From the NCBI GenBank assembly GCA_965203175.1, contig OZ241867.1, positions 224,001 to 288,000 of the forward strand: a stretch of DNA of 64,000 bases, in the 5' to 3' direction. Positions 35,917-44,634 of this stretch are shown piece by piece; position 1 is the stretch's first letter, and every line of letters begins with the position of its first letter. Source of the DNA: Candidatus Latescibacterota bacterium (lineage in GTDB: Bacteria; Latescibacterota; UBA2968; UBA8231). Both the position numbers and the translations under genes were made by a program. The notes under the pieces were generated by a model. The model was not told the DNA's origin. It worked only from the letters and a program-made list of their open reading frames with translations, and did no database searches.

Positions 35917-36519
35917 TCAGGGTTCCTTGTAGGAAGAGGTCGCGCGGAACAGGTAGTGAAAACCCGACAGCAGCGTCAGCAACAGCACCCCCGCCAACAG
36001 TGCATTGGCCAAAAGCTGGATTAGCTGGTCGTCGAGAAAGAAGAGATGACCCGCGGCAAAGCGCCCCATCGCCTCCTCGAGGCCAATGACAAAAAGTATG
36101 AAGATAACCGTGAAAAGCTGGACCGCGGTCTTCCACTTGGCCAAGCGCGAAGTGACCATGGGGCGGCCCCGGTATATCCCGTAGAGGCGCATGCCCGTGA
36201 TCAGGATGTCGCGCCCGACGATGGGCAACACCAGCCAAAAATTGACCATTCTGTTCAACGCTAGGGCAACGAGTGCCGACGTTACCAAAATCTTGTCAGC
36301 CAACGGGTCCAAGAAGCGTCCCAGCGGCGTTACTTGGTTGCCGGCGCGCGCTAGTTTGCCATCGTAGAAATCGGTCAGCGAGGCCGCGCTGAAGACGACG
36401 AAGGCAAGGCTTTTCAAATACCAAGTATCGGTGAACAGCAGCAGCAAAAACAGCGGCGTCAAACCGATCCTGAGCGCGGTCAGTCCATTGGGCAAGTTAA
36501 AAATATCGCGCCGGTCCAT
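35917..36519 (-). CDS. pgsA: CDP-diacylglycerol--glycerol-3-phosphate 3-phosphatidyltransferase
   Basis: NLPNGLTALR, TDFYDGKLAR..LGRFLDPLADK. Confidence 0.92.
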   Translation of the reverse strand: MDRRDIFNLPNGLTALRIGLTPLFLLLLFTDTWYLKSLAFVVFSAASLTDFYDGKLARAGNQVTPLGRFLDPLADKILVTSALVALALNRMVNFWLVLPIVGRDILITGMRLYGIYRGRPMVTSRLAKWKTAVQLFTVIFILFVIGLEEAMGRFAAGHLFFLDDQLIQLLANALLAGVLLLTLLSGFHYLFRATSSYKEP

Positions 36520-36526
36520 GATTACC

Positions 36527-37123
36527 TCACAGCGAAGACCGGCCGGCAAAGGCGAGGGAGAGAGTGACGCTGTCGGCCAAGTCCAAATCCGCACCCACCG
36601 GCAGGCCGCGCGCCAGCCTCGACACCTTGGTCCGCGGCATGAGTTGCTGAGCAATGAAGTGAGCGGTGGCATCGCCCTCGGCGTTGGCGTTGAGCGCGAG
36701 CATTACCTCCTGTACGCCCTGCTGGCGCACGCGCTCGACCAAGGAGTCGATGTGCAAATCTTCGGGCAGCACTCCGTCCTGGGGAGAGAGCACCCCGCCG
36801 AGCACGTGATACGCCCCGGAGTAAAACTGACTCATCTCAAAGGCCAACACATCGCTGGCTTCGGCCACCACGCAGATGAACTGCTGGTCGCGCCGGGTGT
36901 CTCGACAGACTTCGCATAGGGGCTCGCCCTTTTGGGTGAAATTGTAGCAGGTGGCGCAGTGTTCGATCTGGTCTTTGGCGGCAATGAGCGCCTTGGCGAG
37001 CAGCTCGGCTTCCTCGCGCGGCCTCTTGACCACATAGAGCGCCAAGCGCTGCGCTGTCTTGCGGCCGATACCGGGCAGCTTGGCAAATGCGACGATCAAG
37101 TCTTCGAGGGCCAGAGGTTCCAT
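36527..37123 (-). CDS. recR: Recombination mediator RecR
   Basis: LPGIGRKTAQRL, C4 zinc finger, YHVLGG, EGDATA, LARGLPVG. Confidence 0.96.
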   Translation of the reverse strand: MEPLALEDLIVAFAKLPGIGRKTAQRLALYVVKRPREEAELLAKALIAAKDQIEHCATCYNFTQKGEPLCEVCRDTRRDQQFICVVAEASDVLAFEMSQFYSGAYHVLGGVLSPQDGVLPEDLHIDSLVERVRQQGVQEVMLALNANAEGDATAHFIAQQLMPRTKVSRLARGLPVGADLDLADSVTLSLAFAGRSSL

Positions 37124-37131
37124 GGGATCTC

Positions 37132-38790
37132 TCAGACTAACTCGCCGTCAAAAGTGTCGAGCACCGAACGGAGAGTGGGGTCGGACTCGGGTTGGCTCGT
37201 CGCCTGCGGGGTCGGCTGATCTCCTTTCTCTGCGACGGCCTCCAAGCGCAGCCGCCGCCCGTATTTCGCTTCAGCTATCTCCTCTACGCTTTCTCGGTTG
37301 TTGAGCACCTGGTTCATGGCAAAGCGGTCGGCCTCACCAAAGCCCAGCTTGAGTACGTGGCCTTCGAGGCCAACTAAAGTTGCCCCATTGAGAAAATGGG
37401 CCAGCGACGGCTTGATAGCGCGCACGGCATTGACTAGCTCGTTCCAAGTAGTGCGCACTTGATCAATGCTCAGGCTAGTAGCGGCATTACTTGACCCAGC
37501 CGAGGCGGCGACTTGCTGCTGGGCCGGGAGCGGAGGCGCGGGCGATTCATCGAGATTATTTGGGGGTGGGGGCGCGACTTGTTCACTCCGGTCGCTTGGA
37601 GGCGGGGCCGGTTCGCTCCGACCACTGCTCAGCGGCGGCGCGACCGGGCGCGGTGCGGCACCTTCGAGCGACTGCAAGCGGCGAAGCAGCTCGCCCACAT
37701 CGACAGATCGGCCCATCAGCGCCAGATGTACCAAGGCGATTTCCACGCGAAAACGCGGCTGTACCGAGCGCTTTATATCCGCTTCTAAATCCAAGAGCGA
37801 CTGCATCATGCGGAGCAAATCCTCGACCTCCATAGCGGCTGCAAGCTCGCCACAGCGCTGGCGGGCGTCCTCGACCATATCCAACTCGTCGGTCCCGCCC
37901 TGTATCTTGGCAAAAAGCAGGTGGCGCAAAAGTTCAACTAGGCCATAGACGAACTCCTCAATATCGACCCCTTCGTCAACCGCTCGGGCGACGATATCCA
38001 GCACCTGAGCGGGTGCCGCTTCGCGCATGGCGTCGAGCAATTCAAAGTAGAGTCCTCGATCAACGAGACCCAACACCTGCACCACGGCTTGCTGCGACAC
38101 CTCTGTACCCAATGAAACCACCTGATCGAGCAGGCTCTCGGCGTCGCGCAAGGCACCGTCCGCACGGCTAGCCAACAGATGGAGCGCTCCCTCCTCGACC
38201 GCGATGCCTTCGGCTTGGGCAATCATGCCGAGATGAGCGGCGATCTGCCCGGCGGAGATGCGGCGAAAATTGAAGCGCTGACAGCGCGAGAGAATGGTGT
38301 CGGGAACCGACTGCACCTCCGTGGTGGCGAAGATGAAAACCACGTGCTCCGGCGGCTCCTCCAGCGTCTTCAACAGCGCATTGAATGCCGAGGTCGAGAG
38401 CATGTGGACTTCGTCGATGATGTAGATCTTATAGACGCCTTCAGTCGCGGCGTAGCGCACGACTTCGCGCAACTCGCGGATGTCATCGACGCTGTTGTTG
38501 GAGGCCCCGTCGATCTCCAGCACGTTCATGCTGGTGGAGGTAGCGATGCTCTTGCAGGAATCGCACGCCTCGCAGGGATTGCCCTCGCGGGGGGCGGCGC
38601 AGTTGAGAACCTTGGCGAGAATCCGCGCTGTCGTGGTCTTGCCCACGCCGCGGGGGCCGCAAAACAGGTAGCACTGCGCAATGCGTCCGGAATGGACGGC
38701 ATTCTTTAAGGTCGCAGTGATGTGCTCCTGCCCAACTACTTCGTCGAATTGGCGAGGACGCCACTTGCGCGCTGTTACCTGATAGGCCAT
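37132..38790 (-). CDS. dnaX: DNA polymerase III gamma/tau
   Basis: ARKWRP, GPRGVGKT, IIDEVHML, LKTLEEPP, SRCQ; start MAYQVT at 38790. Confidence 0.96.
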   Translation of the reverse strand: MAYQVTARKWRPRQFDEVVGQEHITATLKNAVHSGRIAQCYLFCGPRGVGKTTTARILAKVLNCAAPREGNPCEACDSCKSIATSTSMNVLEIDGASNNSVDDIRELREVVRYAATEGVYKIYIIDEVHMLSTSAFNALLKTLEEPPEHVVFIFATTEVQSVPDTILSRCQRFNFRRISAGQIAAHLGMIAQAEGIAVEEGALHLLASRADGALRDAESLLDQVVSLGTEVSQQAVVQVLGLVDRGLYFELLDAMREAAPAQVLDIVARAVDEGVDIEEFVYGLVELLRHLLFAKIQGGTDELDMVEDARQRCGELAAAMEVEDLLRMMQSLLDLEADIKRSVQPRFRVEIALVHLALMGRSVDVGELLRRLQSLEGAAPRPVAPPLSSGRSEPAPPPSDRSEQVAPPPPNNLDESPAPPLPAQQQVAASAGSSNAATSLSIDQVRTTWNELVNAVRAIKPSLAHFLNGATLVGLEGHVLKLGFGEADRFAMNQVLNNRESVEEIAEAKYGRRLRLEAVAEKGDQPTPQATSQPESDPTLRSVLDTFDGELV

Positions 38791-38840
38791 TTGCGTTGCT
38801 CGACACAGCCAAGCTGAAGGGATTAAACAAAAAATTAAAA

Positions 38841-39111
38841 GGCCGTGCACCCATCTTCGACCCCGCCCTCAGGTCTGCCCAGTGCCAGTTAGCTCCAACC
38901 GGACAGCTCTGCGGCACATCAAGAAACATTCCTACCGCTGCTACCTTCCGGTCCTGACGGGGTTCAGAAGCTCTTGATTGCGCAGAATCCGGTTTTCAGC
39001 GCCACTTTGCTCCGGTCGAACAAGAGGTGCGAAGACCTCTGGATGGGAATTCAATCCCGCTATAGCGGATTGCGGGTACAGGGCACCGCTATCTCCCCAT
39101 CTAGCACGACC
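38841..39111 (-). ncRNA. ffs: Large (Alu-domain-containing) bacterial SRP RNA
   Basis: 5' GGTCGTGCTAGATGGGGAGATAGCGGTGCCCTGTACCCGCAATCCGCTA (Bacillus scRNA-like Alu domain); helix 8 TCAGGACCGGAAGGTAGCAG; 5'/3' ends pair (GGTCGTGC/GCACGGCC); T-rich tail follows. Confidence 0.92.
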
Positions 39112-39148
39112 TAAAATTCTGCATTTCACAGCGGGTATCCGGAAAATA

Positions 39149-39224
39149 TGGTGGAGCAGATGGGGATCGAACCCACGACCTCCAGATTGCGAACCTGGCG
39201 CTCTCCCAGCTGAGCTACTGCCCC
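39149..39224 (-). tRNA. tRNA-Ala(CGC)
   Basis: GGGGCAGTAGCTCAGCTGGGAGAGC...CCAGG-TT-CGC-AA-TCTGG...GTTCGATCCC...CTCCACCA. Confidence 0.95.
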
Positions 39225-39238
39225 ATCCGGATCAATTA

Positions 39239-39329
39239 TGGCGGAGAGAGTGGGATTCGAACCCACGGTAGGGGGTTACCCTACACACGATTTCCAGTCG
39301 TGCACCTTCGGCCACTCGGTCATCTCTCC
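39239..39329 (-). tRNA. tRNA-Ser(GGA)
   Basis: CACGA-CT-GGA-AA-TCGTG anticodon arm, long variable arm, GTTCGAATC, GCCA end. Confidence 0.95.
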
Positions 39330-39348
39330 GCAAAAGCATTTTATAATA

Positions 39349-39438
<90 letters not shown>

Positions 39439-39443
39439 CCAAT

Positions 39444-39929
39444 CTACTTGACCGCTCGCAGGGCCATAAAAAAACCCTTGAGCAGCTCGGCACATTCTTG
39501 CTCTAGCACTCCGCCGCGGACCTGACAGCGATGATTGAGCCGAGGATCCTCTGCAACATTGCGCAATGAGCCGCAAGCACCGGCTTTGGGATCAGCGGCC
39601 CCAAAGACCAGCCGCGGCACTCGGGCCAAGACCGCAGCTCCAGCGCACATGGCGCAAGGTTCCAAAGTGACGTAGAGCGTCGTTGCCAACAGGCGCCGCG
39701 TCCCCAGTGCCGCTGCGGCTTGGCGCAAGGCCAGCATCTCCGCGTGGGCCGTGGGATCCTGCGCCGCTTCAATGGCGTTGCCAGCCCGACCCAAAACCCG
39801 CCCGGCTCCGACGACCACAGCACCGACGGGCACCTCGCCGCGACGGCCAGCGCGCTCAGCCTCACGCAGGGCTTCGCGCATCCAACGACTGTCTTCGGCG
39901 AATGAGCTAACTTCTTCCGTAGATTCCAT
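39444..39929 (-). CDS. tadA: tRNA adenosine(34) deaminase
   Basis: EVPVGAV, DPTAHAE, TLEPCAMCAGA, DPKAGA. Confidence 0.95.
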   Translation of the reverse strand: MESTEEVSSFAEDSRWMREALREAERAGRRGEVPVGAVVVGAGRVLGRAGNAIEAAQDPTAHAEMLALRQAAAALGTRRLLATTLYVTLEPCAMCAGAAVLARVPRLVFGAADPKAGACGSLRNVAEDPRLNHRCQVRGGVLEQECAELLKGFFMALRAVK

Positions 39930-39965
39930 TTGAGGCCGTTTTTAAGGGGCCTCCCAAGCGGTGTA

Positions 39966-39994
39966 AATATAACGGCTGCCCAAAACAAGAGCAA
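39966..39994 (-). promoter_or_regulatory. Putative sigma70 promoter for tadA-tRNA-ffs-dnaX
   Basis: TTGCTC-17nt-TATATT on the minus strand. Confidence 0.5.
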
Positions 39995-40008
39995 GGCTTA
40001 GTGGGGCT

Positions 40009-40434
40009 TCAAAAGCGTTTGCGATAATGGTCGCGAGGAAACAAAGAAGGGGCACGACGCTGCCAGTAACTTTCCTCGTCGGACGCGATCTTGCGGTCGA
40101 GCGGATCATGCCCCAAAAGGCGCATGCCAAGCCCAATCAGCGCAAAAAGTGTGTAGAAAACTAGTCCCAAGAGTAGGTGGATATTGACAAAAGCCACGAT
40201 TCTCGCCAGCCACATGTAGGGAAAGTAGATCGGCTTCAACGCGACGGGCAGCGCCAAGCCGACCCCCAGAAACACCAGCGAGGCCGCGTGTACGAGCTGG
40301 GCAATGCCGACCGCTTCCACGTACCACAGATAGCCGCCTAGCAAGGCCAACAATGCCGCCAGCACGATTCCGAATCGGCGCAAATCGCCGCGCGTGGGAA
40401 CCGCAACCCCCCAGTAGCTCTTGACCTCAGTCAA
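40009..40434 (-). CDS. SxtJ-family membrane protein
   Basis: LRRFG, three TM segments, LLGHDPL..SYW; overlaps the carbamoyltransferase stop. Confidence 0.85.
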   Translation of the reverse strand: MTEVKSYWGVAVPTRGDLRRFGIVLAALLALLGGYLWYVEAVGIAQLVHAASLVFLGVGLALPVALKPIYFPYMWLARIVAFVNIHLLLGLVFYTLFALIGLGMRLLGHDPLDRKIASDEESYWQRRAPSLFPRDHYRKRF

Positions 40435-42250
40435 GCTCGAACTCCTCTTGCCAATCCAGCTCTTCCTGCCACTGCGGCTGGTCTTTCTTGTCCAAGATAT
40501 AAGAGCCTATGACCAAAAAATCCATCTCGGTCCGCATGAAGCAGCGATAGGCATCTTCTGGGCTTTGGACGATGGGCTCGCCGCGCACGTTGAAGGACGT
40601 GTTGACCACCACTGGATATCCGGTCAGGCTTTGAAAGGCGCGAATCGCGTCGTAGTAGCGCGGGTGATCTTGCCGGCGCAGCGTCTGCACCCGCGCCGAG
40701 TAGTCCACGTGGGTGACGGCCGGCATATCCGAGCGCGGCACGTTTAGCTTGTCGATGCCGAACAGTCGCTGCTGGTCCTCGCTCATGGGGATCTGCCGTT
40801 CCGCTTTAACTGGGGCCACTTGCAGCATGTAGGGCGAGTCGGCATCCAGCTCAAAGAACTCGTGTACGCATTCGCGTAAGACTGTCGGGGCAAAGGGGCG
40901 GAAGCTCTCGCGGAACTTGATCTTGAGGTTCATCACCGACTGCATTTGGGTGGAGCGCGGGTCGCCGAGAATCGACCGGGCGCCGAGCGCACGCGGCCCA
41001 AATTCCATCCGCCCCTGAAAAAAGCCGACCACCTTGCCCGCAGCCAACAGCTCGGCCACGCGCACCGGCAACTCGTCCTCGGCGAGTTTGTGCGCCACCC
41101 CCGCCTGCTGCTCAATGCACTGATAGATTTCTTCATCCCCGTACTCAGGCCCTAACAGCGCCCCCTGCATCGCGTCGTTTTCGCCGTCTGCCACCCGCTC
41201 GTGGCCCAAGTGGTTATACCACAGCGCCAGCGCGACGCCCAAGGCCCCGCCGGCATCGCCCGCCGCCGGCTGGATCCAGATGTTTTCAAAGGGCCCCTCG
41301 CGCAAGATGCGGCCGTTGCCGACGCAGTTGAGGGCCACGCCACCGGCCATGCACAAGTTTTTGAGTTTGGTTTCTCGATGCACCGTGCGGGCAATGCGCA
41401 ACATGACTTCCTCGGTGACGACCTGACAGGAGCGCGCAATATCCATCTCGCGCTGGGTTAGCGGTGTCTCTGGCCGCCGGGGCGGTCCCCCGAAGAGCTT
41501 GTCCATGGCCCGACTGGTCATCGTCAGGCCGGATAGGTAGTTGAAATATCGAGTGTTGAGCTTGAAAGAACCGTCGTCCTTCAGGTCGATGATCTCGTTG
41601 AGCATTAGATCGACGTATTTCGGCTCGCCATAAGGGGCCAGCCCCATCAGCTTGTACTCGCCGGAGTTGACCTTGAAGCCCGTAAAGTAGGTAAAGGCCG
41701 AATAGAACAAACCCAGCGAGTGGGGAAACTTGATGTCGGCCAGCGTGTGAATTTCAGCATCTCGGCCGTAGCCATAGCTGGTAGTGGTCCACTCGCCGAC
41801 CCCGTCCAAGGTCGCGATCGCCGCTTCTCGATACGGCGACGGATAGAAGGCCGACGCAGCGTGCGACTCGTGGTGGTCGCTGAACAGCACAGGTACATCG
41901 CAGCCTAGCTGCTCTTGGATTAACTGCGGGATCCACAGTTTTTTCTCCAGCCATACCCGCATGCTCTTCCAGTAGAGGCGGAGGCCCAACGGCGCCGTGC
42001 CGAGATGCGTCTCTAGCAGGCGTTCAAAGGTCAGCAGGGGTTTGTCGTAAAACCCCACGCAGTACAGGTCTTTGGCCTCGATACCGCCTTCCCGCAGACA
42101 GTATTCGACGGCGCGAGCGGGAAAATCTGGATCGTGTTTAACGCGCGAAAATCGCTCCTCCTGCGCCGCGGCGACGATCTGGCCGTCGCGCACCAAACAG
42201 GCCGCGCTATCGTGGTAGAACGCGGAAATGCCGAGGATGTAAGTGGCCAT
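40427..42250 (-). CDS. O-carbamoyltransferase (NodU/CmcH/SxtI family)
   Basis: HDSAA, EERFSR, HHESHAAS, DGVGE, EYKLMGLAPYG, GGVALNC, EFGPRALG, NTSFN. Confidence 0.95.
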   Translation of the reverse strand: MATYILGISAFYHDSAACLVRDGQIVAAAQEERFSRVKHDPDFPARAVEYCLREGGIEAKDLYCVGFYDKPLLTFERLLETHLGTAPLGLRLYWKSMRVWLEKKLWIPQLIQEQLGCDVPVLFSDHHESHAASAFYPSPYREAAIATLDGVGEWTTTSYGYGRDAEIHTLADIKFPHSLGLFYSAFTYFTGFKVNSGEYKLMGLAPYGEPKYVDLMLNEIIDLKDDGSFKLNTRYFNYLSGLTMTSRAMDKLFGGPPRRPETPLTQREMDIARSCQVVTEEVMLRIARTVHRETKLKNLCMAGGVALNCVGNGRILREGPFENIWIQPAAGDAGGALGVALALWYNHLGHERVADGENDAMQGALLGPEYGDEEIYQCIEQQAGVAHKLAEDELPVRVAELLAAGKVVGFFQGRMEFGPRALGARSILGDPRSTQMQSVMNLKIKFRESFRPFAPTVLRECVHEFFELDADSPYMLQVAPVKAERQIPMSEDQQRLFGIDKLNVPRSDMPAVTHVDYSARVQTLRRQDHPRYYDAIRAFQSLTGYPVVVNTSFNVRGEPIVQSPEDAYRCFMRTEMDFLVIGSYILDKKDQPQWQEELDWQEEFELD

Positions 42251-42257
42251 AAGAAGC

Positions 42258-42286
42258 TTGACAAAATGGGGTGTAACAGCGATACT
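42258..42286 (+). promoter_or_regulatory. Sigma70 promoter for lysA
   Basis: TTGACA-17nt-GATACT. Confidence 0.6.
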
Positions 42287-42342
42287 AAAAAGTTTTCATA
42301 ACCTACGGATTCTATTGAAAAATATCAAGTTAGGGTCATTCG

Positions 42343-43614
42343 ATGGAACGGCTTTCACTCCTGTCTGAAGACCAAGTTCGCGCCGTCCAGCGCCAGTTTG
42401 GGACGCCCACCTTTGTCTATGATCAAAAGGCGTTGGAATCCCAAGCCCAAAAGGCACTGGCCTTCCCCAATGCATACGGCCTGACGGTGCGCTACGCGGT
42501 GAAAGCTTGTCCGGCAGCCGGTGTGATCCGCATTCTCAACCGCGCTGGCCTGCACATCGACGCGAGCAGTGGCCACGAAGCGCTGCGGGCCATGCGCGCT
42601 GGCATCCCCGCGGTCCAAATTCAGATCACGGCCCAACAACTACCTGACAATTTAGCAGACCTAGTGCGCCAAGGCGTCCTCTTCAACGCCTGTTCTCTGC
42701 ATCAACTCGCAGCCTACGGCCGACTTTTTCCGGGCCGCGAAGTCTCTGTGCGCATCAACCCAGGCCTAGGCTCGGGACACAGCAACCGCACCAATACGGG
42801 CGGCCCTTCGTCGAGCTTCGGTATCTGGCATGAACACCTCGACCAAGTACTTGCAACAGCCGCCGAACACAACCTGCAACTCACTGGCTTGCACAGCCAT
42901 ATCGGCTCGGGCAGCGATCCAGAAGTCTGGCAGCACTGCGCCCGACTGACACTTGGCGTGGCTGCCAAGCTGCCCGAGGTGAGGCGCGTGAATATGGGCG
43001 GCGGTTTCAAAATTGGGCGCATGGCCGACGAAGTATCGACCGACTTGCGCGAGGCCGGCCAACCTGTCGCCGACGAATTCAACCGCTTCGCCCGCGAGCA
43101 CGGCCGCAAACTGCATTTGGAAATCGAACCTGGGACCTTCTTGGTGGGCAACGCCGGCGCTATCGTCTGTAGCGTCGTCGATGTAGTCGATACCGGCCAG
43201 CAAGGCTACTCCTTCATCAAGATCGATAGCGGGATGACCGAAGTGCTGCGTCCCAGCATGTACGGAGCGCAACACCCCATCGTCGTAGTCCCGGCCACTC
43301 CAGAAGAGCGCGACCAAGGCGAGTACCTAATTGCCGGTCACTGCTGTGAAAGCGGGGATATTCTCACGCCTGCATCCGGCAATCCCGAAGAACTGGAACC
43401 TCGCGTACTCACCGAGCCGCGCATCGGCGACGCGGTCTTTATCGGCGGCAGTGGAGCCTATTGCGCTGGCATGGCCGCCAAAAACTACAATTCCTTCCCG
43501 GAAGCATGTGAAGTGCTGCTCGGCACAGACGGCGAGTTCCATCTGCTGCGCCAGCGACAAACCCTTGACCAAGTCGTAGCCAACGAGTCCCTACCCGCTT
43601 TCCTCAGCGCCTGA
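42343..43614 (+). CDS. lysA: Diaminopimelate decarboxylase
   Basis: YAVKA PLP lysine, HSHIGSG, GGGF, EPG, CESGD, GAY. Confidence 0.88.
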   Translation: MERLSLLSEDQVRAVQRQFGTPTFVYDQKALESQAQKALAFPNAYGLTVRYAVKACPAAGVIRILNRAGLHIDASSGHEALRAMRAGIPAVQIQITAQQLPDNLADLVRQGVLFNACSLHQLAAYGRLFPGREVSVRINPGLGSGHSNRTNTGGPSSSFGIWHEHLDQVLATAAEHNLQLTGLHSHIGSGSDPEVWQHCARLTLGVAAKLPEVRRVNMGGGFKIGRMADEVSTDLREAGQPVADEFNRFAREHGRKLHLEIEPGTFLVGNAGAIVCSVVDVVDTGQQGYSFIKIDSGMTEVLRPSMYGAQHPIVVVPATPEERDQGEYLIAGHCCESGDILTPASGNPEELEPRVLTEPRIGDAVFIGGSGAYCAGMAAKNYNSFPEACEVLLGTDGEFHLLRQRQTLDQVVANESLPAFLSA

Positions 43615-44634
43615 GCCGCGCAGCTTCGGGTCCAGCGCATCGCGCAGCCCGTCGCCCAACAGGTTGTACAGGGTCACGGTCGCAAAAATGGCCAAGCCCG
43701 GCACGACCACCAACCACCAGGCTGCCGCATTACTGCGCGCCCCAGCCAGCAGGGCACCCCAAGTGATCACTTCTGCTGGTATCCCTATCCCTAAAAAGCT
43801 CAATCCCGACTCGGCGAGGATGGCACCTGCGACCCCGAAGGCCGCCGGAATCAGGATTGGGCCGATGGCGTTGGGCAGGATGTGACGGAACATGATCCGC
43901 CTGTTTGAGTACCCGAGGCTGCGCGCAGCGACCACGTAATCGTAGCTGCGCACCTGCAAGAATTGTGAGCGCGTCAGACGGGCGATACCGACCCAACTCG
44001 TAAGACCAATAATGATCATGACGAAAAACAGGCTCGGCGGAAAAAACGCCGCGACCGTCAATATCAGGAAGAAGCTGGGGATCGCGGCCCATAGTTCGAA
44101 AAGGCGCGAGAGTGCCAAGTCAACCCAGCCTCCGAAGTAGCCAGCCAACGCCCCCAAGACCAAGCCAATGGCCAGCGATATGCCCACAGCCACTAGACCG
44201 ATGGTCAAAGCGTAGCGCGTGCCGTGAATCAGCCCCGAGAGCACATCGCGGCCCAAGCGATCCGTGCCCAACCAGTGCTCAGCCCCCGGGGGCTGGTACT
44301 TCTCCCGCAAGCGGATTTCGCCTGGAGCATAAGGCACCGGCGGGAAGATGGCCTCCTCTAGCTTGAGCTTTTTGAAGTTGCGGCGACGCTTCAATTCCAC
44401 TGGCCAGTCCACTACCCCTAGATAGACTGCGTATTGGCGGAAGGCCGGAAAGTAGGTCTCGCCCTTGTATTTCATGTAGTACGGCTTGTCGCCGGCCAGT
44501 AAGTCGGCGCTCAAGGCCAAGATTCCCAGCAAGACGATGCCCAAGAGACTGAGCAGAGCGGGTTTGTTCTTCTTGAATTGCTTCCAGACGACCCGCCCGT
44601 AGGACTGCCCTTGTGTAACGGCCTCTGTGCTCAT
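43591..44634 (-). CDS. oppC: Peptide ABC transporter permease OppC/DppC
   Basis: HWLGTDRLGRD, YVVAARSLG, HILPN, ESGLSFLG, GDGLRDALDP. Confidence 0.92.
   Translation of the reverse strand: MSTEAVTQGQSYGRVVWKQFKKNKPALLSLLGIVLLGILALSADLLAGDKPYYMKYKGETYFPAFRQYAVYLGVVDWPVELKRRRNFKKLKLEEAIFPPVPYAPGEIRLREKYQPPGAEHWLGTDRLGRDVLSGLIHGTRYALTIGLVAVGISLAIGLVLGALAGYFGGWVDLALSRLFELWAAIPSFFLILTVAAFFPPSLFFVMIIIGLTSWVGIARLTRSQFLQVRSYDYVVAARSLGYSNRRIMFRHILPNAIGPILIPAAFGVAGAILAESGLSFLGIGIPAEVITWGALLAGARSNAAAWWLVVVPGLAIFATVTLYNLLGDGLRDALDPKLRGSGAEESG

Noticed and set aside
37540-37660. Short repeat RSEPAPPP/RSEQVAPPP in dnaX, and a possible programmed frameshift
   Set aside because: Ordinary low-complexity tau linker; no A-AAA-AAG slippery site seen
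34344-38850. Extended N-termini listed for recA, pgsA and dnaX (likewise copA, the temptin-like gene and the PorV-like gene)
   Set aside because: The extensions overlap neighbouring genes or RNAs or lack an RBS; downstream ATGs match family starts
39942-40136. 64-aa ORF ending YIYTAW as a possible SxtK/DUF5989 remnant
   Set aside because: Mostly overlaps sxtJ out of frame, lacks the KKWWL motif, and the segment is better explained as a promoter
43591-43614. 24-nt convergent overlap of lysA and oppC
   Set aside because: Short tail-to-tail overlaps are common in compact genomes
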